A stretch of DNA of 64,000 nucleotides from Octopus sinensis (GCF_006345805.1 NC_043000.1:130324001-130388000); one strand, 5' to 3'. Counted from the first letter of the stretch, positions 12,590-26,902 are shown. The notes: a model not told the origin generated them from the sequence alone. Translations and numbers: made by a program.

Positions 12590-13120
12590 CGACGGAGTAC
12601 CAGTATATATATTCATGGGGTCGGACTATGCGAGATTCTGAACAAGTAGGGCTGCTGCTGTTGCAATTATAGCTTCTTAACTTAAGATCAATGCTTATTG
12701 TGATCGAATTTCCCGAGGTTTCTATTCCATTTTCCCAGTGACTACAGGACCAACTTATCTGGTATATCCCTTTTAAAGGTATTTGGAAGCGAGTTGATGG
12801 CGATTTCACAGTCATTGTTAGTAGGTTGATTGCTCACCTAGAAATTTCTTCATCGATTCCCATTAGAATAGAACTCTTGTGACTTGTGTCTGCGTTAAGA
12901 AACGAATCTTACCCGTGGTTACCACTGTAGCTACGCAAACTCAGGTAACTGGTTACTTTCTCCCTAGTGTGTACCACCCGGAAAACTGCACGGTATCTTG
13001 CTATCTTACTCAAACATTCTACTACCCACCACCGCTCTACCCACTACTTCGTCGACTTAAAGAAACTGTTATCGTCTATGGAGATTACCCTAAAAGTATT
13101 TCTTCTGTCCAATTTATCTG
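12590..13120 (-). mobile_element. Possible decayed non-LTR retrotransposon ORF1-like remnant
   Basis: More GC-rich than the flanks; broken minus-strand frames (e.g. GDIPDKLVL) with no clear catalytic motif. Confidence 0.2.
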
Positions 13121-13896
13121 AGTGATACATGATGCGTGTATTCCCACGTTTCCGACATTGTTTTTAGTTTGTTTGCTTTTTTTTCCCTATGCAACCTTTT
13201 CTTATAGTTTTCTCTTGTTCATTATTTTTTGTTTTGTATTGGCGCTTAGTTTCCTTTTAATCATTTTTGGTTTGAGGTTTGCATTTGTTGTGTTTATTAT
13301 TATTTTTCCTGCCTGATGTTACGTTTACTTTAATTCACATTATTAGTGCTTTGCTTTTATATTTTTATTTATTTTGGTTGTTATGTCTGCTAATGCAGAT
13401 ATTGTTTTTTACAGTTTTTTTTCGTCTGTTTTAGTGTATTTAGTTGTTAACATTTACATTTTGTTGTTAGTTTTGATGATATTGATACAATTTTTATTAT
13501 TGTTGTTGGTTTTAGACATATGAGTTTTTGTTATAGCTGTTAATTTATTTTGCTATTTTTTTCTTCATTTCCTTCTGGGCTTTATTGTTTGCTGTTTTGG
13601 ATACAGAACATTGATTAAACTGCCTTTTACGTAAATCATAGAAAGCGTTACTTTGTTATCAGTAACTTTGACACACATACGCACACTCTCGCGCACAAGA
13701 GCCAAACGTACACGCACGTACACACGTACACACATGCACACAACCACATACACATGCATACAGATACGAGCAAAGCACACAAATATAAATACATAAATAT
13801 GTTTACACAAATGCATACGTGCACTGATATATCTTCACTTATTCCTAACACACATAAATAACCACGCATACTTGAACACTCATATACACATGTGTG

Positions 13897-13993
<97 letters not shown>

Positions 13994-14999
13994 CAAGCTA
14001 TTATGCTGTTGCCACGAAGGGAAAACAAATCCATCGTTGTCTACTCAATAATAGATAGGCCTCCATATTTTCTTTTTATTTTACATTCTTTGTGTTTGTT
14101 TTTGTATATATCAAGAGATATTGGAGTGACTATAACAACCAATCATTCCAAGTGTATTTGTGATATTTCCTTCGCGTCTGAATACATGGACAATTCCATT
14201 ATGTTTGACCTGGTTCTCGTTTCTTTATCTGCTTAAAGTTGACCCGTTGACCTCATCATGAAGTAATGTCATTAGCCATCTCGTACATTCCATACAGCGA
14301 CCGTTCCCTTTCTTCATATGTTTCAATCATTGCTATTGAATTCTTATTTTTGTATTTCTAAACAGTATGCTTAACAATTTAATTTTGTTATAATGTATGT
14401 ACGTTGTTTAGTATACGATAAAGGTTAAAGTTAACTCTGTAGCATAAAGTTGGAGAAGAAGGACACTACACAACTAAGAAACTAGGGTAAAATTCTCTTC
14501 ATTAGATATTATAGTAGACTAGAAACCAAATATTACTATATGGGTTATTGTAACAGAGCTAAGATGTGCATAACATTGAAGAAAGCTCTACTTGTTTGTG
14601 ATGCAATTTTAAAACGCTAAAAAGATGATTTTTCATGTAGACAGAAAAGTTGTTCATATACAGAAGTTGTCAGTAATAACAATAAAAACTCACAATTTTA
14701 TTGCTATTTGCATGGCAACAATTGAGCCAATATATAGAGGTTGACTAGGTGTATCATGGTATTGTACATCATTTTTATTGCTATTACAATACACTGTTGT
14801 TAGAATGAAGGCACTTATCGATGTAGATAAATAAAACATACGCACAAACATACATACACGCGACGAAAGAAAATTTTCTCCTTGACTAATTTGTAACATC
14901 AACGTAGTGTTCTTCGTTGAGGGAAATAGCAACTACAGATTCCATATTTTAATGGAAATCATCAGCAACACATCCTGTAACCAGATGTAACTGACATCC

Positions 15000-15830
15000 T
15001 TTATTACCACAAAAAAGAAAGACATTTTACACCTTATATACCAAAATGATATATGTGAAATCTACCTGTCCCTGAAACAACTGAACATCATCGCCTTCGT
15101 CAGCCCTATTTACCCGACCTTAAAAACCACTCGTGATGAGTCACGTTTTTGTCACATCTCTGTCAGTATAGATCTCTGCACACTCACTCTCACCACCATC
15201 GTATTTTTCCAAACTCCACCAACGTCCACCTTTACCTTGAATTTCTCTCCTTTAAGCCTAACCTTCCCATTTTCTCCGTCTTGCAGGATCAGTTTCTCTT
15301 TCGTCCGCTATGGCCTGGATTTTGATGTACAACTACAATACATGGTGCCCAGATATTTCAACCAAGTTTAAGATATCATTACTCATGCCCATTAAGTCGA
15401 CTGCAACTCCACTCACTTCCTCACATTTATTCATCTCCTAAGCTCTTTCCTTTACCTCTCACCAAACACCCCTCTCCTACAAGAGTTCCGAATCTTCTTA
15501 AGTGACCCAAATTCCCACATCTGAAATCCACTTCTTCCTTTTTTTAAGTTGGTCCGTAACCTACTTGAGCTGCCCGTCTTTAGCTTCTTGTCTATCTTTG
15601 CATATAGAACCCAGATATCTTCTGTGATTTAGCTCCAACTCTCACATCCACACTTTCGTCTCCAATACTACCATCTTCACTAAACAAAGTGTCATTTCTT
15701 CTAAACAACTAACTCCTTACCCTGCATTTCTAGCAATGCTAAATTTTGCTTAAAATACTTCCTCTAAATCCCCCACTACATCGGATAAACTAAACATTCT
15801 TGTCTACCACTTTCCTGAACAACTCTGGAA
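15000..15830 (-). mobile_element. Possible ancient LINE remnant (RTE-like endonuclease region)
   Basis: Strong C/T versus G/A strand skew and broken minus-strand frames (e.g. EISGHHVL, cf. QHRLV in APE domains); weak evidence. Confidence 0.25.
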
Positions 15831-17488
15831 CATCCACTTCTTGAATGAGTCACCCGTTTCACCCCATTTCCACTCTGGGGATCAATCCAACCGATTTAGC
15901 CACACACAGTGCTATCTTAGACTTTCGTCTACAACGCAAACATGAACTCATTTTCGCGTTCACTTCAGTGGCATATAAACCCAAAATAGACACATGCATA
16001 AAATCATACATACTACGCACAAAACAGCATTATACACAGTTACACAAGATGAAAACACATAAAATCAAAGCAATGTTATTCATACACACACGCATACATT
16101 GACAAACATATCCTCCATAGCATCACTGCGGTGCTTGCACACTACGACTATCAAAGTACAACGAAATGTAACTAACATTTACATACACGTATGCCCCAAC
16201 TAGACATTATCATGCACACACACAACTTTCACTTGTGGCTTATTCACATATAAAGAGCAAAGTACAGAGCTGGTAGGTATTTATAGATGAACAATTTTAT
16301 AAAACGTATGGTGTTGTGGGAAATTTTTTCTTGTAAGATAACTTAGTAATTTTGGACGGCTGTCAGATAGTGGTAATAAATTAACTTGCAGCTTTTGAAG
16401 TTGAAAAATCTTTTAAATAAATGTAGAAATAGAATAAAATAAATACGTATTAATCGATTTAGTTTTACGTGACAATACAAAAGCAAATTATTTATCAGGT
16501 ATATAGGACTTAATGCTACATCGGAAGAGGTTACCTATCAGTGATATAAATGGTTTATATTTCATTGTTTTATAATTTTTTGTTTGGAACATAGGATTTT
16601 ATAAGAATCTGTTGTAGAACACGAGGATTATATTTTAAATACATCGGTAAGCTTGGCGTGTGATAGGATTTCAATATATGTTTATGAGGTTAGAAGATTG
16701 AAATTATCCTATTGGTACCGATAAAGATGTAGAAGTTGTTTTTATTTTATTGTTTCTTCATATGTGTCGAGATAGACACTTGGGAATTTCAGTAAATAGA
16801 TTTTTTAAGTTTCGATTTAGGTCGACCTTAATAGTTGAATGGTAGTTAATGTTATCAAACGCAAGAGAATAAATATCAAAAACAATTATGTGGGCGGAAT
16901 TTAACTTTTTAGAGCGTAAGAGCAGAGTGAATGCCAGAAAAAATTTGTCTGTTGCTATAACGATTCTGAGGATTTAGCGGTTTAACCACGATCATAATAA
17001 CAGAAATAACAAATGTAGCATAATCTACTTTTGGAAGTATTGAGTACTTCGTTCAGTACGTCAAAGCCTGGTTCTTACCTTAAACACACTCACACGCACA
17101 TGCACGCACGTACGCACGCAGCCCCACACATGCATATTCGTGTAAAGTAATGTTTAATGCATTCGCGTGTAATCGGACGTGATAAGATCTTTCACTGCAG
17201 GAATAGACCCAGAATTCTCCACCAACATTTTATTCTAGGCTGTGCAATCTACACAATGGGAGTCTACCCAGTTTTATTGCAATGATGTGGGTTGAACGAG
17301 GCCATATGAACATGACTAAAAGGCTGATGCTCAGGTGGCCCTATTAATACATACATACGTAGGAACCGACGTTACTGCAATTTTTAGCAACAGGAGGACG
17401 TCTCTTCGAGTTGATTATTCGATGCAAACTGCACCCGATATATATTGCAAGCAGGGAAGTTAACCTCTATAATCTTCTAGCCACGATA

Positions 17489-17537
17489 CCACGAGACCGT
17501 ACGGTTTCGACCTCTTTGTCGCTATCCTCGGTGGTGG
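17489..17537 (-). ncRNA. Decayed type I hammerhead (U4->C)
   Basis: Minus strand CCACCA-CCGAGGA-UAGCGAC(AAAGAG)GUC-GAAA-CCGUACGG-UC/UCGUGG; perfect 10-nt palindrome ACCGUACGGU; helix I pairs at 5 of 6 positions. Confidence 0.6.
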
Positions 17538-17876
17538 ATACTCGTCTGCAAGTGATAGCAGTAGTTCACACTGTCACTGATCTTGCAACTGACAGACAGT
17601 CACCGATCTAGCGACAAGCAAATTAGCTAGTTAGAAAAGTTAGAAGACCGCTATACGAGATGAAAACAGTACCTATTCTGAGAAGTAGTTTATTCCCGCT
17701 TAAACATGGTTTTCTTCTCTTATAGGGATTTTCTCCTTTTTTTTACTGCTTTCATCACTTATGGGGATTTTCCAACTAACAAATTTGCATGTTGCATGAT
17801 CAGTGACTGTGTGTCACTTGATTTCTACATAATGCGAACTGAAATGCCGTTATCTCTTGTGGACACGTATCCAAAC

Positions 17877-17909
17877 CTGAGGATGACCACAATGAGTTCG
17901 AAACGGGTA
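17877..17909 (+). ncRNA. Decayed hammerhead, inverted partner of 17489-17537
   Basis: CUGAGGA-UGACCACAAUGAGUUC-GAAA-CGGGUA is alignable with the minus-strand copy; helix I lost. Confidence 0.45.
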
Positions 17910-17963
17910 ACTTCATCATGTTGCGTTTCCTTTTTCGTTCTCCCCATTGTTTCCCTCTCAATC

Positions 17964-17999
17964 CTTTCTGCCGAAGGGCGTACGCTCGAAACTCCAAAG
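17964..17999 (+). ncRNA. Decayed hammerhead of the 9414/10689 family
   Basis: CUUU-CUGCCGA-A-GGGC(GUAC)GCUC-GAAA-CUCC-AAAG; helices I and II retained, core and cleavage site mutated. Confidence 0.5.
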
Positions 18000-18117
18000 A
18001 CTTTCCACTCTTCCCGAGCGTCAAACTAATGTACCTGCTTGTTACACCCTCCCTTGTCTTCATCTTTTGTTTTCTGTAAATTTGAAGTATATATATATAT
18101 ATAAAACTTTCTGTGTA

Positions 18118-19341
18118 GAGGGTCTTGCAGATAAACTGAGACCAATTTTAAGCAGTTGACTTAGTGGCTTTAACATTTCATTTTTTTGATAAAACCTTGC
18201 TTGCTTGAAAATCTAATCCTCCTTTTCATCTTTCAGGTAAATAGCGAACTGATTTGACAACATAAAGTGATGGAGCAATAGAATCGTTCTGCCATTGTTG
18301 CTTTGGCGCGCGCTGGGCACACTGCCAATAAAATTGTTAAGTTGACGAAACTGCCAAAAGCCACATTTAATCCTGTGTATAAACAATTTAAAGAACACAA
18401 GACTCAAAGTGATTCCAAGCGCAATCCAAAGTTTCTCGCTGGCCTAAAATGCTCGACTAAAGTCAACCCATCTACACCCATCACAACTCTTGCAAATAAA
18501 CGCAATTGGTCTGTTTCCACGATATCTTGAGCTGTGAACAGGACCCTTGGCAGGACTAGCTATGTTCGACGACGCTGTCACTTCCTAACAACCAAAGCCA
18601 AAGTAATCAGAACCGAGAGATGCCCAAAGATTCTGTCATTCACCAAGCATCAAGGTGCGGGAAAAACTCTCGCGTTTGTCAACGAGAACTTCAATGTGGA
18701 CGCAGAGGTGAAACACAGAAATCCTCGAGTGATTGCATACAACCCTTCTGACGTCCTCACTGTGTTTGAGACGATAAACCCTGCCTCTGTGAAGGTATTT
18801 GGAGCCGTGGCGAGTAATGAAACTGCATTGAGCCTGGCTTGAAGAACAGCACAAAGGAGTATCTGGACATCCTGAAGAACGCTCTGTTACCTTGGATGGA
18901 GCAGACGTTCGGGATTGACAATGTGGTGCTTATCCAGGATTCTGCACCATGACGTGGGCTAAAAGCAACACAGGCCTTCCTTGGTGAGAAGGTGCTATTT
19001 TTGTGAGGGCCAGCATCTGGCCTAGTAATAGCCCAGATTTCAACTTTCTCGATTACTTTTATAGAGCATACTTCAATCAAGGATCAATGCTTCACCTCAC
19101 TCGAGTGTCAACAATTTAAAGACCTGCATCGTGCGTTGCGACACGCAAAATCGAAAAGGCAGCTGCCAAAAGATTTCGTTCTCGTGTTGTGTAGAGGCAG
19201 TAATTGTCTAAAACGGCGGCCATATTGAGTGATAAATAATTTTGTTGTAATAAATGTTACATCAAAATTATATCTGCCTGCTACCATTATTTTAGTATTT
19301 ATAACCAGGTCTATGCATCTCAGTTTATCCGCAAGACCGTA
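18118..19341 (+). mobile_element. Tc1/mariner DNA transposon, maT/DD37D-like, decayed
   Basis: TIR core GGTCTTGCAGATAAACTGAGA (18121-18141) versus TCTCAGTTTATCCGCAAGACC (19318-19338), flanking a broken transposase. Confidence 0.85.
18270..19232 (+). pseudogene. Transposase pseudogene (HTH + DDD)
   Basis: MEQ*NRSAIVALARAG...VFGAVASN...QDSAP...WPSNSPDFNFLDY...NGGHIE*; several stops and frameshifts. Confidence 0.85.
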
Positions 19342-19368
19342 TATTGTATTATATTATATTATATTATA

Positions 19369-20453
19369 CTAGCAATGCACTTCGGCGTTGGCCGAGTTTT
19401 ATGATCTACAGCCACATTTTATTATTATCTTTTCTTATGGACAGAATTGACACACGAGGAATATCAAGCAAACAACTCTTTCTCATAAATATGTTTTACG
19501 GTCATTTTCTGATGAACAATGTTGAAATTTATGACATCACAAAAAAAAGTAAAGAAATGTACAATAGCAGCTTAGATTAGGAGAAATTCCTAACATTGCT
19601 CCCAAAATGACCTCAAAATTGTGCGACCCAGTCTAGTTTTGGTGTTAATTTTTATAGCAAAATAGGGTTGCTGTGCAAAAAACTTACTTTACGCTGATAG
19701 CTGAAAAATTGCTCAATATTTTGATATTACATACAATAATATTAGCAACTCAGTCTCATGGCTACAAATCGGGTTATGTAGAAGCTGAAATAGTTCTTAC
19801 CCGTCCCATAATATTTGTTGATAACTGTGAACAACACAGATATACATTAGCTTCCCCAATGAAAATCTACATGGATTAAAAAAAATTTCGAAACAGAGTT
19901 AAAAATTAAGAAATTGAGATGAGGAGAGGGGAAATAAAAAATTTGAAAACGTGAATTTTAAGCAAAATCGTATTCTCCAATATCGAAAACATAGAAATTC
20001 GAAGAAATTTAGGAAAAACAAAGTGGAAGTGCGTAATACGGGAAATGTGTCAATAATTGTGCAAAATAGCATGGCTTTTGCTCATTTTCCGTCGACAAAT
20101 GGGGTTTTGTGTATCACAAATGCCCTCATAACACACTTTGTACATTGCTGCAGATTTTGACACCAAAGACATGAAAATTGGCACCGTATATTAGAAGCAA
20201 ATCGAAATATCGCCCTTAAATGACGTCAAAATTGTGCGATCAGACGTCGTTTTCGAGGTTATTTTTGTAGTAAAGAAGAGTTTTTCTGCAAAACATACTT
20301 TATTTGATACCTTTTGATACCTCATACGTCAAAATCAGAAACTCAGGTTTCGAATCCATCAGAAACATACACACCACACAGACAGATAGATACACACACA
20401 CAGACACACACACACAGACACACACACACAAAACTATATTTTATAGATATAGA
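19369..20453 (-). mobile_element. Non-autonomous Helitron (~1.1 kb)
   Basis: Minus strand starts A/TCTATATCTATAAAA, has a (TG/TC) tract, and ends in hairpin CTCGGCCAACGCCGAAG plus CTAG/T. Confidence 0.7.
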
Positions 20454-21089
20454 TCATGTAACTTGATATAGAACTGGATACCTTCTTACATTGTGGTCAC
20501 TGAAATGCTACTTCCTACAGGATGACCACTAGCTACAGCGAGCAACATGTCAGTCTTATTCCGTTTAGCAACGAATGTAGCAGGTTGATGGCAGCGATAT
20601 ATGATGTCTACGATTTGCCAATATTTGAATTCACCATCCCATTGCCCCACCACCACAACCACCACCACCGCCGCATGTATCTAGTTATAAATGCAATCAT
20701 ATTATCATATCAAAAGTGACTGCATGTCTTAAAATGACTAATAGAACCTTAAATACTATTACCTAGGCATTTTAGATTTGTTTTAGATTCTTTTCAGTTC
20801 CCTGCGAACATCTCATGAGGGGGATTGAATCTTTGCTCGAGAAATTTGAAGCGACGTGAAACCGGCACACTGTTATTTAGTATATATAATTCTAAACATA
20901 TGTGGTGTGTGATACTTCCTCCCGCCCGATCACTTTCCCACACCATACGCACACTAGTATGTATATATATATATATATATATATATAGGGAGAATTCACA
21001 AAAGACGAAGACAGGTGATGGATACAACAAACAGAATAGGCGTGTATGTATGTGTGTGTGTATGTGTGTGGTAGTATATATATATATAT

Positions 21090-21142
<53 letters not shown>

Positions 21143-21599
21143 TATGTGCATGCGCATACATGCATTCATACATACATATATACATACATAAGAGAAAGTG
21201 AAAGTGCCACTGTACTGTTTAAAAAGATTTATATTCAGTTACCTAATCGGTTCCATGATTTAATGATTTTCAAAAGTAATATACAATAGAACACCTGAAA
21301 CTCTACCGAATTATTCTCGCCTACTCCTTTTTTATGGAGCGATTATGGCTCGAATTATTTGAAGGTTGTCACGTGTGGCAGGGATAGGAATTGTGTGCTA
21401 TGTTCGCGTATTTGCTGAGATGACAGTATGGACGATAATTACTCCAACTATCAAAGCTATGTTAATCCAGTGAATATCTCATGTAGTATTATAAGAAATA
21501 GGTTGTCAGAATAACCAAAAAATCGGAAATAGCTTACTTATTTGTAAGCGGATATCATTAAGAATTCTAACTGGTCCTTTATGTTATAAATTATTCAAT

Positions 21600-22330
21600 C
21601 GTTATATATATATATTTTAAAAATCAGAATAGTCTCTTTATTTGCCCGTATTTGTCCTACAGTCTTGTCAGAACTAAGGTAAAGAAGGAAGATAGACGTT
21701 TGGCGATATGTTTGTCGCATACTAGCCTAAACTAAATGTTTATTAATTGAAATGTGTCTAGTTTTAGGATCTAGTATTTGTTGCTTATTAATACTGAGTC
21801 TCTTTGTTAAAGTAATTTCCGCTTGGCCGATGTATACTTCATTACAAGATTACGTTTAATGGCGTAAATGAAAATGCTTGTTATTTACGAGAAGTAAAGC
21901 TTTTCACAGAAAGTATCCCCATATTTAAATTTATGTTCCCTCGATAAGGTTGATGCAAGCTCCACACTTAGAGCAACCGCAGTGTTAGACTATTGGTGTT
22001 TTTATTTCAGTTGATAATTTGGATCTTGTGTATATTTGTGTATTTTGTTTGTGTATTTCCAGTGATGTTTTCATTTTTTGGTCATACATGTATAATATTT
22101 CAGTATTCTTTTGTAGGATAAATTTAATCCATCAGTAACTAGTCTTTTTTTATTCGATCTGTGATTTTGTAGGGTAAGTTTTCAAACCAGAATTCTATTA
22201 TTTCTAGATCATAGTCGTGTGGGATAGAAATATATAGAGTTACTACATCAAATAACACAATAATATGGATTTTATTAACATTTCGCAAAATGGTTTAACT
22301 GGCGTTCAGGTCCCTTTACCGAACACTATA
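21600..22330 (-). mobile_element. Penelope-like retroelement remnant (RT + GIY-YIG), internally deleted
   Basis: Minus strand LFDVVTLYISIPHDYDLEIIEFW (PLE RT motif FDVxSLYTNIP, ~22185-22255) and CNEVYIGQAEITLTKRLSINKQQILDPKTRHISINKHL (GIY-YIG second motif, ~21730-21846). Confidence 0.75.
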
Positions 22331-22398
22331 TTTGAAAGTCACAAAAATGAGAAACTGTTTAAGAAAATGGAAATAATTTTTTTAGAAACTTAAGTACA

Positions 22399-22744
22399 CT
22401 AGCTGGACCCGTGAATATATTACGGAATTAATGGCAAACCTATTTGGTTATTTCTGAAAAAAGGAACGCTAAATGATGATAACTTATTAGGATATTTCTG
22501 AAAACTTTATCCAGTGTAGCCTGCAATGTGTCTGTATTAAAAGAGTGAACGAATAGCATGCATTGTGTCTGTATGAAAACAATGAATTGCCTCATGGTGG
22601 TGTTTTTCTCACAGACGGTACTCAAATGAACCAACGATACTATTTAGTCGACGAAATCAAAAACACACAATGTGCATGCACGAAATTAAAAATATAAATT
22701 TGTGACACTTTATCCATCGCACCCCGTATATATATATATATAGA
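22399..22744 (-). mobile_element. Mini non-autonomous Helitron (~350 bp)
   Basis: Minus strand A/TCTATATATA 5' end and hairpin CCGT-AATATATTC-ACGG followed by CTAG/T. Confidence 0.55.
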
Positions 22745-22762
22745 TATATATATATATTATAT

Positions 22763-23324
<562 letters not shown>

Positions 23325-23404
23325 TATATACTCTCTTACTCTTATATATATACTCTTATATATATATATATATATATATTATATAGAGGACATTAATATA
23401 CGTT

Positions 23405-23856
23405 AATGTCACAAGCTAGGAGGGACTCTTAAAGTCAAAACTACCAAAATAAATAAGCACATCGTACCGAAAGCAACTCTCGAAGCAAGTCATTTAAAAA
23501 CAAAATTCAACTGCATATTACATGATTTCATAATTAGTGCAGCAATGTACTTTTTAATCATCAGTGCAAGCATAATTCATACCAGACTAACAACCAATGT
23601 ATCCAACGTAGCATATAGAATTGTTCACTCTTTATACATCTATGCAAATGGCGAGCTTTTTCGAATTGCATTTCGGTCGGAACGTGCTTATTCGGAATAA
23701 AAATTCAGTACTGAATATAGTCCGGTTAAATTTACACTTTAAAAATAGGATAAAATCTTTATAAGAATTTATCAAGTAGTTAGCGTGAGAAACCTCATAA
23801 GAGGTTAATTATTTTGGTAGTTTTGACTTTAAGAGGCCCTCCTAACGGGTGGCATT
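23405..23856. mobile_element. MITE-like element with ~50-bp TIRs
   Basis: 23420-23453 matches the reverse complement of 23809-23842 at 33 of 34 positions. Confidence 0.7.
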
Positions 23857-23857
23857 T

Positions 23858-24466
23858 ATGTGTGCGACCTGCAAATATAAAAAATTTCATCTTACCTCTA
23901 GGAAGAAGCCTGAGAAATGAATAACCTAGTACTCGAGGTCTGAACTTTTCAAAATACGTTTGTAATCGTAAAACTGATTGGTCCTCGTCAGCTAGATCCA
24001 CCGAAGTGACTAAATTAAAAATACTATCTACATCAATGCCTGTATTCTTAGCCAATAGCCCCAGCCATAAACAGAACCGAGATTAGCGAAACGTTTTATA
24101 CAAAAATATAAATATTATTATAAAAACTGGTAACTCTTTCTTATTTATAATTCTACCTTTACGGTGCTTTATTTCCCTGGAAGTAATATTATAGTACTGT
24201 AAGAATATTTATATTTTTATATATAACTTTTTCACTGATCTTTGTTCCATTTATGGCTGGGTCTATTGGAAGAGTATACAGGAATTGATGTAGCGGATAT
24301 TTTAAATTTAGTCTGTTCTGTGGACCTAGCTGACGAGGACCAATCAGCTTTACGTTAACAAACATATTCTGCGAAGTTAGAAACTCGAGTATTAGATTGT
24401 CCATTTCTCTGGAGTTCTTCCTATAGGTAAGACGAACTTTTTTTTATATTCACCGCCCACGCACAT
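23858..24466. mobile_element. Foldback/MITE-like element with ~260-bp diverged arms
   Basis: 23858-24116 aligns with the reverse complement of 24204-24466 (e.g. CTGATTGGTCCTCGTCAGCTAG is exact). Confidence 0.8.
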
Positions 24467-24579
24467 CTTTACCTCTATACATTCAGTGAAGCTTTACCTT
24501 GCGTCGAAAGATTGTTGACTACTATTTCCAGCAAAAATTGGGACCTTCTTGTGCCACTATTTCCTATATATATTCTTAT

Positions 24580-24807
24580 TCTCTCTTACACTTTTACTTG
24601 TTTCAGTCAATTGACTGTGACCATGCTGGCGCACCACCTTTAGTCGAACAAATAGACCCCAGGAATTATTTTTTGCAAGCCTAGTACTTATTCTATCCGT
24701 CACTTTCGCTGAACCACTAAGTTACGGGGACGTAAACATACCAGCATCGGTTGTCAAGCGATATTGGGGAGACAAACACAAACACATAAACACACACACA
24801 CACACAT

Positions 24808-24841
<34 letters not shown>

Positions 24842-24998
24842 GTATACATACATCGACGGGCTTCTTTCAGTTTCTGTCTACCAATCCAATCACAAGGCTT
24901 ATAGGAGAAGACACTTGCCTAAGGTGCCATGCAGTTGGAATGAACCCGGAACTATGTGGTTGGTAAGCAAGCTACTTACCACACAGCCACTACTGCGC
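24580..24998 (-). mobile_element. SINE family B with small internal deletion
   Basis: Reverse-complement match to 22871-23280. Confidence 0.88.
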
Positions 24999-25521
24999 AT
25001 ATATATATGTATATATATGTGAATATATATATATAGACACAAGTATTTATCGATACACACGTACACACACGTATGCATATACATAATGCATATATATGTG
25101 TGGCTATGTTCGTATGTATATGTATCTGTTTCGGTATGCATATTTCTATTCCAGACTGAAGTATGAAATGTTTCTCACGTCAGCAAGGCGATGAAAAACA
25201 TAATTATTTGTTATTTTCAAATATTTACATTATTTATTTACTTACTGACGGCTGTATTGCTTAACATGATGCCATCTAAACTCGAGAATATCAATAATAA
25301 AAGTATATCGAATCAACCATAAACAAAATATATAATTATAATAATCTACAAAACAAAAAGAACAACTGTCAAACACATAACAAACTACTTTAGTGAATAT
25401 TAAAACGGACAGGTTTCAGATGTAACTACCGCGCTCTCACCAAAGTATTACGCGCGCACACAAACACACACATACCCGCACGCAGAAACGCATTCATATA
25501 TACAATATTTATATATATATA

Positions 25522-25579
<58 letters not shown>

Positions 25580-25742
25580 TCATTCATAAACACACACTAC
25601 CACATATAAACTGCCATGGCATTTTAAAAAATGAATTTTTTTCATGTAAAATTTTAATAACTGTGTTTCAATATAAATTGTCTATATATTTTATATTTGT
25701 TACAGATACTGGTAGAGTACCAAGTAAATGTAATTGATATCA

Positions 25743-25791
<49 letters not shown>

Positions 25792-25808
25792 TATATATAT
25801 ATATACAG

Positions 25809-25878
<70 letters not shown>

Positions 25879-26313
25879 GCGAATTTAAATGCAAAACAAT
25901 GATATAAAGATTAAATCATTTTCCACCCACCGTGATAATGGCTTATCTGCTACTGATTTTGACGTTTCCCAGTCAAATGAAACTTTAAGAAATGGAAGAA
26001 AAGGAAAAGCGAAATACCTTAATATTGCGTTAGTTAACGTGTAAAGTTCTGTTTTCACATTCAGAATTAGAAGTTATCACATGCACCTCTTCTCCATTAA
26101 TCATCAGGTGTAAGGTGTCGAAGTAATCGAAGATCAACATGAAATGAAATGTTTTACTCAAGATCACAGCCGCTTCACCCGGTCAATTGAAACTACAATT
26201 CTGTAATCGTGAATGCAAACACCCAAACCACTAGGCCATGCGTTCTTACTAACTCTCTTTCTTTCTCTCTCTCTCACTATATGTATATATAATATATATA
26301 TATACACACATAT

Positions 26314-26379
<66 letters not shown>

Positions 26380-26390
26380 ATATATATATG

Positions 26391-26478
<88 letters not shown>

Positions 26479-26665
26479 TTTATGTTTTATACTCTTATTA
26501 ATTAACTGTGTTAATTCGTGATATGCGTATGTCATTTTCACTGCTATTATCAGTCAATTTGGTCAATCGGCAAAAATGGTCCCTTTTTCTATTACAAAAC
26601 AGGATGTACTCACAGTAAGCATTTATGCATACATGCACCTATGTGTCTATGTTAAATAGGTGAGC

Positions 26666-26902
26666 ATCTATATCTGTTTCTTTATTGCCCACAAGGGGCT
26701 AAACATAGAGGGGACAAACAAGGACAGACAAACGGATTAAGTCGATTACATCGACCCCAGTGCGTAACTGGTACTTAATTTATCGACCCCGAAAGGATGA
26801 AAGGCAAAGTCGACCTCGGCGGAATTTGAACTCAGAACGCAACGACAGACGCAATACCGCTAAGCATATCGCCCGGTGTGCTAACGTTTCTGCCAGCTCG
26901 TC
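26666..26902 (-). mobile_element. SINE family A monomer
   Basis: Head, central domain and AAAGAAA tail all present. Confidence 0.9.

Noticed and set aside
19509-19530. CUGAUGA...GAAA spacing
   Set aside because: Helix II and helix I do not pair in register; chance match inside a Helitron.
24330-24350. CUGACGA inside the foldback arm
   Set aside because: No GAAA or helix III follows.
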